Shown here: piece after piece, positions 1-11,769 of the stretch
How the letters are laid out: each line of letters begins with the position of its first letter
Numbering within the stretch: position 1 is the stretch's first letter
DNA from: Dimorphilus gyrociliatus
Taxonomy: Eukaryota > Animalia > Annelida
Direction: 5' to 3'
Assembly: GCA_904063045.1 (NCBI GenBank)
Contig: CAJFCJ010000056.1
Coordinates: forward strand, 1 to 64,000
DNA length: 64,000 nucleotides
Program-made: the position numbers and the translations under genes
Notes under the pieces: generated by a model
Databases searched by the model: none
The model's input: the letters and a program-made list of their open reading frames with translations, nothing else
Told to the model about the DNA's origin: nothing

Positions 1-1307
1 TTTTTATTGCCATAATTTTTCTGTAAAAGAAAAGTCAGTATATGTTATTTATTGACACTGCAAACAAGTAGATTATAAATCTTAAGCTTATTCTTAAAAC
101 TTTATCCTGATTGTCAAATGAGAAAAATTCTTTAGGACTTTCTGCTTCTTCAGAACAGTATTCATCCCTTCCAATCATTTATCAACTTACCAAAGTACTC
201 AAACAAATAGAACCTTTCAAATTCGTCCACAAATAGTCTTAACAAATGTCATTTCATTAGAAATTAATCAACAAAATACCAGTATTTCGTCCAAAGAATA
301 TGTATTGAGTAAATGAGTTTCTAGTTCTAAACAAGTAAGTTTAAACAACCAGTTAACCATTAAAAAACTGAACTGACAAGCTGGAGAAAAGCATTTCCTT
401 TTATACATTTCCAAAGCTTGGGTTCAAGTGGTCAAAGGATTACAAAGTTGAAATGTAACAATCTCATAATTCTCATGTAACAAAAATCTGAAAGACTGTT
501 ATTTAACAGTAAAACCCTGTTTATTATTTACATATAAAATATAATCCTAAGATTAGGGCCACATGCCAGACATGTGCCACAGTAAACAGGCCTGTCTCAT
601 CAGCATCTGGTGTTTGAATCAGCATCTGGTGTTTGACCTGCTTGTTTTCCTTGTTCTTTGTTCGTTTGTTAATTCCCAAGTAGCCAACATCTGTTACAGT
701 CAAAGAGTCTATTTCTTAGGAAATAGATTCTTTCTAGCAATTTTGTAATATAAAATAAGATATTCTGAAGGTCAGATTTCGAGTAAAAGATTCATCTTAA
801 TCAACCTAATCTCAGCAAAGCACATACCCTTATTCTCTTTCACACACATACATTCATACTGACTCATACTTGCACCCAACATGATTATTAATCTAGTTAT
901 TATTTTCAGAGTGTAAATATTGCTTGAACGCACACACATCTATGTTTATTTGCCAGATTTTTATTTTATTTAAAGAATCAATTGAAGATTGCAATATAAA
1001 AAAAAAACTATAAAAAATTATTTCATATTTTATTTTGAAGAATCAATTAAAATTCACATATATATTTGGAAACAGCTGTCCAAACTGAAGTAGTAGACCA
1101 ACAATTGTTCCAATTTATAATGAACTGACTAATAACATAACTTAAAGCTAAAAATCAAAACTTTTCTCATTTGCGATTCCTAACCCTAAATTCATCCAAA
1201 ATGACCTGAAAAAAAAACTAAAAAAATTAAATTTAATCTAGAATGAAAACTATCCAAACCCTACAAATGCTATAGTCTAGTCTGGCATCAACTTCATATA
1301 TTCCTGT

Positions 1308-1618
1308 TTATTTCTCACTTGAAGAATTCAAGTTCAATATATCAGTATCACTTTTTGTAATGACATATCCTCGAATCATATTCTTACAGTATGGGCATTC
1401 TAATCTTGAAAGTTTCATTGTACAGTCTATACAGCTTAGTAAATGACAACAAGGTAGAAACAAAGTATTAGCCATGTTATTATAGCATATTTACACTCCA
1501 AAGTCTCTTTTAATTGACAATATTCATTTGAATATATTTCTGAATTCCTGAAATCAGAAACAAAAGATAAAATAATAAGAATAAAAAAATAACTATTTTC
1601 TTACTTGAACTCTTTCAT
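1308..1618 (-). CDS. Small IAP-type C3HC4 RING protein, left-arm copy (2 exons)
   Basis: Reverse complement of 16981-17292; CKIC..LPCCHLLSCIDC..CPYC. Confidence 0.7.
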
Positions 1619-2096
1619 AGTCAACATTCAGAGTTTTAATATAGATTATTGCAAATCATTAATGTTCATATAGTAAAAACTCACATGTCAGTTAATTTAA
1701 ATAAATTTTTTTGAAATTTAAAAAAATTATAAACTTGGATGGCTATTGGCTAATGAATTATTAGTTCAAACATTTTATGTTTATGCTCAATAGTTTTCTT
1801 TTTTTTTATTCTCAATTTTTTCATATTTTTCTCTTTTATTATTAAATTTTATTTAGTATTATTTTCTTTAATATTACCAATTAAACATCTAGAATTTCAT
1901 GGTACAGTTTTACTAAAAAAGTGGTACAATTTCACCTGGTACAGTTTCACTTGGTACATTTTCACCCAGTACAGTTTCAATTAATAACCTACTATAATTT
2001 CTAATTATTGATTAAAAATTTTATTGTTGTCTGCAACATTCTTATTTGACCATTGCTGCTTGTCAACTCTATTAAGCATTTTTTATTTAGATAGAA

Positions 2097-3987
2097 ATGG
2101 CAATAGATCCAAATTCTCACGAAATTGTTTTAGACATTAAATACCTTCTTCACCAGGAATTTCAAAGTAAACTTTTCCACTTTTGATTATTTCACAGAGA
2201 AAAAAATTTCTTCTTTTTAGATTTTACTTTGGATGGATTTTAATTTCATGGATGAAAATGTTCCAAATGGAATATATTTCTATCATGATGCTAAATATGT
2301 AACTATTGAAAATAATTTAAAAAAAAACAATTTTACAATTACTTTCTTTTTGTTAAAACTGTTAGATGTAAACAGAAAAAGCTCTTTAAAATTATTTTCA
2401 AAATGGCATGAAACCCATAATGGAGAGGGAAAATTTACTTTAAAAGATATTTCAACCAGAAATATTGTGTTCTGTTCAATTTGTTCGTGAAACCTGTGTT
2501 TTTAAGTACGAAAGAAAACTGTAGTATTTACAGTGAGTTGAAACATTCAATATTTCAAAATTGATTAATTTTTCTTGTTTTCAATAAAAGAAATTCCATT
2601 GAATAATGTTGAAAATTTTAAAAAATGTTCTGTGGTTATTAAATTCAAAGTTAAACATGATAGAATTCATTCTTTAAGAATTGGAGCATTCAACATACAA
2701 AAAAAGATTTGGTTAATATATAAATTCAACATTTTCTCAAAGTAGTTAATTTTAAATAATTTATCTCATAAGGGTGAAAATGAGGAAGTTAAAAAATCAA
2801 TTTAAAAAAGTATAATTAATTATAATTTTAAAATTAAGTGCTTTTTTTGTTTTATTTACAAACTGTAAAATTGATAACAGACAGTTAAAAGTTTTGATCT
2901 CCTTCTCTTACAAGAAGTAGCAAAAGACAAAAAGAAACTTCCAAATTTTCCGAGATTTTGAGGTCTATAAATACAGAATTAGTATCAAATGGAGAATCTC
3001 CATATTACGCATTAGTTGGCAAGGAATACCACAATTGTGAAAGATATTTCCTTCTCTATAATACAAAAATACCTTGTTTGTTCTAAATGTAAAGAATATG
3101 AGGATAAGGAAAAAGAAAAATTTTCTAGACCACCATTAATTGTACTTTTCAAACAAAATATTGTCAAGTTGATAAATTCACATTTATTCCTTTGCATAGT
3201 CGTCCAGATAAGGAGGCTAAAGGAAAATATCCCAACTTTTGGAGAATTATCTAAACTTTTAAAAATTCCTGAAGAATTAGAGGAAACAGAGGTTAACTAA
3301 AAATTCAATTCTTACAGAGAGAATTTTTTTTGTGTAGAAATTTCTTGTAAATATTCTGAAAATTTTATATTTTTAAATTTACCAGAATGATACAGATTTT
3401 ATTATTGGTGGAGATTTAAACTGGTCAGCAAGTTACTGTTCTGCAGAGGATAGAGCCCTCTTGGACAATATGTTAGAAACCACAAATATTATACAATGTA
3501 CTCCAAAAGTTGGAACAAATAAGGGAAAAAACAAAGAGTACGACAGGTGAGTTACACTTAAAAAAATACTTTCAAAGATTCTTTTTTTAATTATTAATGA
3601 CTTTTTTTTGGATTTGTTAAAAGGCTTTTTTTAAAAGGAGAACTAATTAAATATTTCAAGTTGGAGGGATTTGTTGATTACACCATAACGTTTAGTAATC
3701 ATTTTCCAATTGGATTTCATATTCAATCCTGTGATAAAATGTGAAAATATAAAATAACAAAATTACTCTCCCTTCAGAGTAAAGATTTTAGATTTCTCTC
3801 TTATGATATACCAAACCTGGAGGAGAGAAATTTTATTGTACAGCAACTCAATATAGAGATATTCACTAGGGAATTTATTGAAAATGTTACTTCATTCCTA
3901 AATAAAACTTATTTAGCCTGTTATATAAAAATTGACAACACACAGTTTAACAATCTCTATTGTCTCAGAGATTTGAATTCACAATCT
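2097..3987 (+). pseudogene. DNase I-like (EEP superfamily) multi-exon gene with N- and C-terminal extensions, left-arm copy, disabled
   Basis: Motifs in DNase I order: LRIGAFNIQ (~2674), FDLLLLQEV (~2893), FSRPP..IPLHSRPD (~3120-3210), IIGGDLN (3401), EYDR|L (3538-3548, intron 3549-3623), SNHFP (~3694). Frameshifts, a premature TGA near 3742 and a 346-bp deletion at 3987. Confidence 0.8.
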
Positions 3988-3988
3988 T

Positions 3989-4252
3989 TGCAGTTTCTAT
4001 TTCTCATTAACTTTTAGATTAGTTGTGTAATTCATTTTCCATGAGCAGGGATAAAGTTTGGTTGGTTGGTTGATGGACTAATTGAAAAATAGCTTTGCCA
4101 CACCTTTTCCAAATAGTTAAACCTCTAGGATGACTCATTGAAATATAATTGGGGGATGAAGTCTTGGTGTGTTTTCATATTTAGGTTAGATAATCAGATG
4201 AGTTGGATAGAGTAATATAGATCAAGATGTAAAATAACACAAAAGTTGCACA
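3989..4252. mobile_element. Divergent partial LTR related to the Gypsy LTR at 42944/51625 (mirrored at ~13990-14258)
   Basis: tagctttgccacacc ~ taacttggccacacc; aagatgtaaaataacacaaaagttgcaca ~ aggatgtaaaatataaccaaagttgtaca (LTR terminus). Confidence 0.5.
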
Positions 4253-4739
4253 CTATATCTATTTAAAAATTTTTGAAATTGCCCACAGTTTTGTGGTTGT
4301 ATCCTAACCCAGCCCTGGACTCCATTTCACGTACTTCAGGCTATTTAAAAGATTTCCAAGAACAAAAGTTCATAATAAAGTAGAAATTAAAATATTTAAT
4401 AACAAAACAATGAATGAATGAAGACAAACTAGAAATAGCAACTTACAAGGATTTTTGTAAACAGGACTGTTAGAAAAAGATACAATAGAAAAAAATTTAA
4501 AAATTTACAATTTAAAATATTCCAGTTTTGAAGTAAATTTGAAAAAAGAGAATTGATTTTTTCAATCCTTGTATTGTGATTGATTGATAATAAATTATTA
4601 CTATGATCATTATTTGAACATGCTACAGATTTCAATTTCAACTTAATTTATTTATCATTCAAGTCTAATTTATCATCAAAAAAATCTATTTTTGGTAATT
4701 TTAGTCTTTCTAGAGAATCCAGTTTGAAGATATATTTTA

Positions 4740-5700
4740 TAAATTTGTACACATACATTCGTCAGCTATATTCTACAATAGAGAAGTAGTATTGAACCAG
4801 TATTGTACTATGCAGATAGCACTGATAAAGATAAGCAGTAGTGACCTAGTTTCGCATAGGGCAGTGCATACACATTATGCAGCAATAAAACCTATTGAAT
4901 TATATAAAGAATATTTGCTATTTGCAACCTAGCATTAATATTACAATTTATTAATCCATACATTTATGATTTCCAACTAAAACTAGTTCAATTAATTATC
5001 AATTATGCTTAAATTCTAAGTTTAGATTATATTCACTATTCAACAGTATTGTATACACAATACTGTTCTTTTTAACATGCATTAATCAGATATACTTCCT
5101 CCTTATATGCTGATGCTAAATTTACTAACTCAATCAATTCAATATCATTATTAAGGTAGAATATAAAAACGGTCAAATATACAATCTACATGTTTTCTTG
5201 ATTGTTGGACTTGTCCTACTAAAATTGTTACATCTTATGCAACTCTCCAACCTTCGAAATTCAACTATTATTTAGAAGAGGAAAACAATAAAAACATGAC
5301 CATATTTAGAACTTTTCTTTGTCTTCAAATGTTACTTTTGTTTTTGTGAACATTGAAATTTGTGAACTATCAACCCTTAAAAGAGTATATAAACCCTACG
5401 AAATTAACAGTTGATAGTTCAGTTTTCTAACTGTCAGCTAGTTGTTTAAACTAGCTTGTTTAGAACTAGAAGCTCATTTTACTCAATACATATTCTTTGG
5501 ACGAAATACTGGTGTTTTGTTAATCAATTTCTACCGAAATTGCCTTTGTTAGACTATTTGTGGACGAACTTTAAAGGTTCTATTTGGACCAGTACTTTGG
5601 CAAGTTGGTAAATGATTGGAAAGGACGATTACAGTTGTGACGAACCAGAAATTCCTACAATTACAATACAACAAAGTACAAAATTCATAGTCTTTAGATT
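4740..5700. repeat. Dispersed ~1-kb repeat (mirrored at ~12570-13500). Homologous to 41575-42220; its ~250-bp core recurs at 130-380, 19458-19610, 26345-26470, 33050-33290 and 60840-60965
   Basis: Shared strings, e.g. gtactttgttgtattgtaattgtaggaatttc, gaatatgtattgagtaaatgag, tttagaagaggaaaacaata. Confidence 0.85.
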
Positions 5701-6485
5701 CTATTAAAGTATTTCCTTCAAACTCTAACACTTTCAAAAATAAGTGATTTTTAAGTAATGTCACCAATTTTTTTGCAGAAAACTTCAATTGAAAACTGGT
5801 AACAAAGAACAAGATAGCAAATAAAATGCACTTAGGAGAGTCTAGTCTAAGGGTTATGGGTGATGAAAAAGGTTAAGGAGAGATTAGGGTTGATTTAGGG
5901 TAAAAGTAATAGGAATGATTTGTGATCATTCAAAATCATTTTAACAACAACTCTGAGGTTATCTTAGAAAAATTAATCATTAGTTTATACCTAACATATT
6001 TCCAGGTGGAAAAACTGGAATACTGCCATGAGATTCTTTATGTCTGATATAAAATAATTCTTTGGGATGTTTGGGTCTATGGTTCTCCTTATATACATTC
6101 TATGAATTCTAGCAGGAGGTGTTTAGACAGAAGACAGATGGCGCTGAATTATACAAGTTATATAGATTTGACAGCAAACTGAACTTTTTTTATCTCAATA
6201 ACCAATTAAAATGTTCTATCATTTAGAGAAAATTTTTTGAGGATTTTCTTTGAAGATAGTCAATTTTTATATTTGTGCTCAATTATTACTATCCAAAAGA
6301 TGAAAATCTTCCAAATTAAATCCATTTTTGGTGAAAAATGAAACTGAAACTGAAACTGAAACTATAAAGTTCTAAATTGTTTAATTTAGAGGAAAGTATA
6401 TATGCCATTAATAATTGAACAGTTGTTAGCTTAGTTTTGTAACTAGTTGCTTTGAGGTGAAATTGCAATACAACAAATTACAAAC

Positions 6486-6939
6486 ATGGCAGAGTTGATA
6501 GCCCACCGAAATGCCTCAATGAATGAACTATTGACCTTCAAAGAGAAAGCAGCAAAAGTTAAAGAAGTAGACAAGTATTTAACTAAAATTAATAAATTAA
6601 TTAATAATTAATTTTATTTTTTTTTCACTTTTTCAAATTTTGAAATAATTTAATTTCAGAAATACAAATGAATCAGTTGTTTTGTCAAACAAACAAACTT
6701 TTTATGAAGTTTTGACTATTTTGGAGTGTAAATTGTGTTGTAATATTTTAGCTAATTCTCTGATTTTACCTTGTGGCCATCTGCTGGCTTGTACACAATG
6801 TCTATTGAGTCTTCAAAAACCTGAGTGTCCATCCTGCAGAGCTTTCATCAGAGGCTATGTGATTATTAATACGGATTTGGATAGCATAAACCTCCATTAT
6901 GGAAATCATCCATCACTGGACTATTGTTATTCAGAGTAA
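6486..6939 (+). CDS. Small IAP-type C3HC4 RING protein (exons 6486-6574, 6660-6939)
   Basis: Splices in frame (phase-2 GT-AG intron, 85 nt): MAELIAHRNASMNELLTFKEKAAKVKEVDKNTNESVVLSNKQ...ECKLCCNILANSLILPCGHLLACTQC..CPSCRAFIRG. Confidence 0.8.
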
Positions 6940-7552
6940 CTACTTTTAATTGATGTATCTTTTACTGCAAATGTTCTTAAATAAAATGGCATAGAAATAA
7001 TTCATGCACTTATTCTTTCTCTATCATGTATATTGATGTTGATATTGATGTTGATTTTTTACTGTCAAACAAAACAGCTGACAAGTTCTCATGAAATCTT
7101 GATTACAACTCGCATAAAATTATTTATAAGTCATTATTTTATGATACTTTAGAAATATCGACCTTTGCTTTGTTCAAGAATTGTATATATTGAAAAATTA
7201 TGTACTAAAATGGTTAATTAAGAATATCATGGATATAGGTTCTAAGGTCAAAAATGTGTATAAATTCTAATATTTTCAATTACAAATGAAATTTATGATT
7301 AGGAATAGTTTTTTTCTGTAAGATAGATGACCTATCAAACACCAAGGAAAAATGATCCTACTGCAATTGAGCCTGCCTAAAATGACCATTTGAGACATAG
7401 CAGCAAAAAAAAAATTAATTGTAGACCAGTCATGGTGCAGAATATAAAATACAAATTCAAACAATTTAAAGAATAAATGATCTGCATTGGCTTGGTAGAC
7501 TACATAACTCAAAATAGACAGTTGGAAAAGTTTAAATAGTATTGAGTTAAGT

Positions 7553-7740
7553 CTACAGTTTTCTAAAAGGCATCTTTATTGAACTTATATGCACAGTAGT
7601 GGTAGTGTCATAGTTTCTGGATTTATAAAATATAATGGACAGAGAGAGAGAGAGAGGACATGTTTTTGCAATTTTGTTCAATGATAGCCCTTCTTTGTGT
7701 TTTTCAACAACTAAACAATAAATTACTTTATCAATGACCA
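7553..7740 (-). pseudogene. Tc1-like transposase N-terminal HTH remnant (mirrored ~10520-10700, +)
   Basis: VEKHKEGLSLNKIAKT..S.II.KSR..DTT resembles the Tc1 paired-like HTH start. Confidence 0.55.
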
Positions 7741-8311
7741 CCATTTCTTTAATAACCAAAGATATAATTATAATATGATGATTTCCTATTTGATTTATGC
7801 AGCTTAGACTACAATTTTGAGGAAATGATCAATACTAGAACAATTTTCAACAACCTTTTTGCAAAATACAATGAAAAAGATTAATTTTGACACTGTGTAG
7901 TTAATTCACAACAAATTATAAAATGCTTGGTTAATTTTCATTAACAATAATTATTATTGCTATTTACAGCTTAAAAAGTATAGATAGTGTACAAAAATAA
8001 ATTCCATATTCAATTTTTCCAATAGCCTTTTCAGTTTTCAATCTATATATCTCTGTTCTAAAACTTTTACTCCCTTTGGGACAGTCTTTGTGAATCATAA
8101 TAACCAAAGTTTAATAGTGAGATTAGGGGCAAGTTAAATGGTGATATTATATAAGTGAGCCTTTTCAAAAACTAGATAAGGAGACACAAATGGGGAGACA
8201 GACAGGTCTGTGAGAAAAATAATATAAGCTAACACAAAAAGCTTGTATTGTTCAATTTTGCAGAACTCTTGAAAGTAAAATTTATAATATCATTGAGTTG
8301 TTTGATAAAGT

Positions 8312-9073
8312 ATGTTAATAACAAGAGTATGGTACGGCTTTGGTATTTGCTTAATAATAAGTGTATTTGGAATATTAATGCATATAAAGAAAAAACCCTA
8401 TTTACTGAAAAAATATTTTTATGATAATGATATAGTTACTCAAGAAAAATTACAGAATAACAAGGTATTTAAAAATAAAATTTGAAATTTTCAATAATTA
8501 TTCTCATTGCAGAGTTTATTTACTAATTTGGATAAAATGAAATTGTATGTGTTGTGTATACCAGAAAAAGGATTTGCTAATACTATAAGGGCAATAATAG
8601 CTTGTAAAATTCTATCAGAAGTCTTAAATAGAACTACATTAATATATTCAAATATTCCAAAACAAGACTGCTCCATTAATACATATTTTAATCTTGACTC
8701 TTTTCAAGTTGTTGAGAATTATGAGTTAAGAAATTATACATTTTCTACATATAGAATTCTTTATTCTAATGTAACAATTATTCAAAAACTAATGGCTAAT
8801 AAGGAGAAAATTTTTGCTGTAAGAACCTATAGTTTCTTTTTAAGGAAAAAAACATTAAATAAACTTAGATTTTCAACAAAAAAATTCAAGAGAATAAAAC
8901 GAAATCTAAGCCTGTTTTTAGAATATTTTGAGAAACTGTTTAAACCTAAGGGATTACTTTTAACTCAACTTCAAATGCATAAAAACAATTTGAACAAATA
9001 CAAAAGGGTCAAATGTATTCAAATAAGAACTGGCTGGACTGAATATGATCACCCAAATAAATTGGATATTTAG
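8312..9073 (+). pseudogene. Type II membrane fucosyltransferase-like gene (GT23/NodZ/GT11-type), truncated at the palindrome centre
   Basis: Exon 8312-8464 (TM: VWYGFGICLIISVFGIL), 48-nt intron, exon 8513-9073 with GFANTIR..CKILSEVLNRT and IQIRTG (motif I); stops at the fold-back. Confidence 0.8.
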
Positions 9074-9950
9074 TAATGCTCTTGATATAATGTTTCGGAT
9101 ATCACTGTCAAGTGTAATAATACAATTGATGATGTATCTTCTCCAGCGGATGTTATATTTTCAAGATTTAAGATATCTTGAATGCATTTTTGAATCCATT
9201 TATTTGGGTGATCATATTCAGTCCAGCCAGTTCTTATTTGAATACATTTGACCCTTTTGTATTTGTTCAAATTGTTTTTATGCATTTGAAGTTGAGTTAA
9301 AAGTAATCCCTTAGGTTTAAACAGTTTCTCAAAATATTCTAAAAACAGGCTTAGATTTCGTTTTATTCTCTTGAATTTTTTTGTTGAAAATCTAAGTTTA
9401 TTTAATGTTTTTTTCCTTAAAAAGAAACTATAGGTTCTTACAGCAAAAATTTTCTCCTTATTAGCCATTAGTTTTTGAATAATTGTTACATTAGAATAAA
9501 GAATTCTATATGTAGAAAATGTATAATTTCTTAACTCATAATTCTCAACAACTTGAAAAGAGTCCAAGATTAAAATATGTATTAATGGAGCAGTCTTGTT
9601 TTGGAATATTTGAATATATTAATGTAGTTCTATTTAAGACTTCTGATAGAATTTTACAAGCTATTATTGCCCTTATAGTATTAGCAAATCCTTTTTCTGG
9701 TATACACAACACATACAATTTCATTTTATCCAAATTAGTAAATAAACTCTGCAATGAGAATAATTATTGAAAATTTCAAATTTTATTTTTAAAACCTTGT
9801 TATTCTGTAATTTTTCTTGAGTAACTATATCATTATCATAAAAATATTTTTTCAGTAAATAGGGTTTTTCTTTATATGCATTAATATTCCAAATACACTT
9901 ATTATTAAGCAAATACCAAAGCCGTACCATACTCTTGTTATTAACATACT
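9070..9950 (-). pseudogene. Right-arm fucosyltransferase-like copy, running through the spacer; frameshifted and truncated
   Basis: ORFs 9545-9754 and 9070-9567. Continues HPNKWIQKCIQDILNLE, aligning with the 27583-28533 paralog. Single-base indels near 9567 and 9868. Confidence 0.75.
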
Positions 9951-11317
9951 TTATCAAACAACTCAATGATATTATAAATTTTACTTTCAAGAGTTCTGCA
10001 AATTGAACAATACAAGCTTTTGTGTTAGCTTATATTATTTTTCTCACAGACCTGTCTGTCTCCCCATTTGTGTCTCCTTATCTAGTTTTTGAAAAGGCTC
10101 ACTTATATAATTCACCATTTAACTTGCCCCTAATCTCACTATTAAACTTTGGTTATTATGATTCACAAAGACTGTCCCAAAGGGAGTAAAAGTTTTAGAA
10201 CAGAGATATATAGATTGAAAACTGAAAAGGCTATTGGAAAAATTGAATATGGAATTTATTTTTGTACACTATCTATACTTTTTAAGCTGTAAATAGCAAT
10301 AATAATTATTGTTAATGAAAATTAACCAAGCATTTTATAATTTGTTGTGAATTAACTACACCAGTGTCAAAATTAATCTTTTTCATTGTATTTTGCAAAA
10401 AGGTTGTTGAAAATTGTTCTAGTATTGATCATTTCCTCAAAATTGTAGTCTAAGCTGCATAAATCAAATAGGAAATCATCATATTATAATTATATCTTTG
10501 GTTATTTAAAGAAATGGTGGTCATTGATAAAGTAATTTATTGTTTAGTTGTTGAAAAACACAAAGAAGGGCTATCATTGAACAAAATTGCAAAAACATGT
10601 CCTCTCTCTCTCTCTCTGTCCATTAATTTTATAAATCCAGAAACTATGACACTACCACTACTGTGCATATAAGTTCAATAAAGATGCCTTTTAGAAAACT
10701 GTAGACTTAACTCAATACTATTTAAACTTTTCCAACTGTCTATTTTGAGTTATGTAGTCTACCAAGCCAATGCAGATCATTTATTCTTTAAATGTTTGAA
10801 TTTGTATTTTATATTCTGCACCATGACTGGTCTACAATTAATTTTTTTTTTGCTGCTATGTCTCAAATGTCATTTTAGGCAGGCTCAATTGCAGTAGGAT
10901 CATTTTTCCTTGGTGTTTGATAGGTCATCTATCTTACAGAAAAAAACTATTCCTAATCATAAATTTCATTTGTAATTGAAAATATTAGAATTTATACACA
11001 TTTTTGACCTTAGAACCTATATCCATGATATTCTTAATTAACCATTTTAGTACATAATTTTTCAATATATACAATTCTTGAACAAAGCAAAGGGTCGATA
11101 TTTCTAAAGTATCATAAAATAATGACTTATAAATAATTTTATGCGAGTTGTAATCAAGATTTCATGAGAACTTGTCAGCTGTTTTGTTTGACAGTAAAAA
11201 AATCAACATCAATATCAACATCAATATACATGATAGAGAAAGAATAAGTGCATGAATTATTTCTATGCCATTTTATTTAAGAACATTTGCAGTAAAAGAT
11301 ACATCAATTAAAAGTAG

Positions 11318-11769
11318 TTACTCTGAATAACAATAGTCCAGTGATGGATGATTTCCATAATGGAGGTTTATGCTATCCAAATCCGTATTAATAATCACAT
11401 AGCCTCTGATGAAAGCTCTGCAGGATGGACACTCAGGTTTTTGAAGACTCAATAGACATTGTGTACAAGCCAGCAGATGGCCACAAGGTAAAATCAGAGA
11501 ATTAGCTAAAATATTACAACACAATTTACACTCCAAAATAGTCAAAACTTCATAAAAAGTTTGTTTGTTTGACAAAACAACTGATTCATTTGTATTTCTG
11601 AAATTAAATTATTTCAAAATTTGAAAAAGTGAAAAAAAATAAAATTAATTATTAATTAATTTATTAATTTTAGTTAAATACTTGTCTACTTCTTTAACTT
11701 TTGCTGCTTTCTCTTGAAGGTCAATAGTTCATTCATTGAGGCATTTCGGTGGGCTATCAACTCTGCCAT
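11318..11769 (-). CDS. Right-arm copy of the 6486-6939 RING gene (1-nt deletion in exon 1, real or sequencing error)
   Basis: ORF 11318-11575 is identical in protein to 6682-6939; ctcttgaagg versus expected ctctttgaagg near 11711. Confidence 0.7.

Noticed and set aside
130-320. YSLDEILVF on the reverse strand of the dispersed repeat as an RT YxDD motif
   Set aside because: The spacing is wrong, there are many stops, and no other RT motifs are nearby.
497-881. Solo LTR (TGTT..AACA; contains a 19-bp tandem duplication near 600-640)
   Set aside because: LTR-like and similar to ~29600-29656, but no TSD was found and the boundaries are uncertain.
4429-4641. 70-aa ORF mirrored at 13603-13815
   Set aside because: Low-complexity AT-rich ORF; its conservation is explained by the palindrome.
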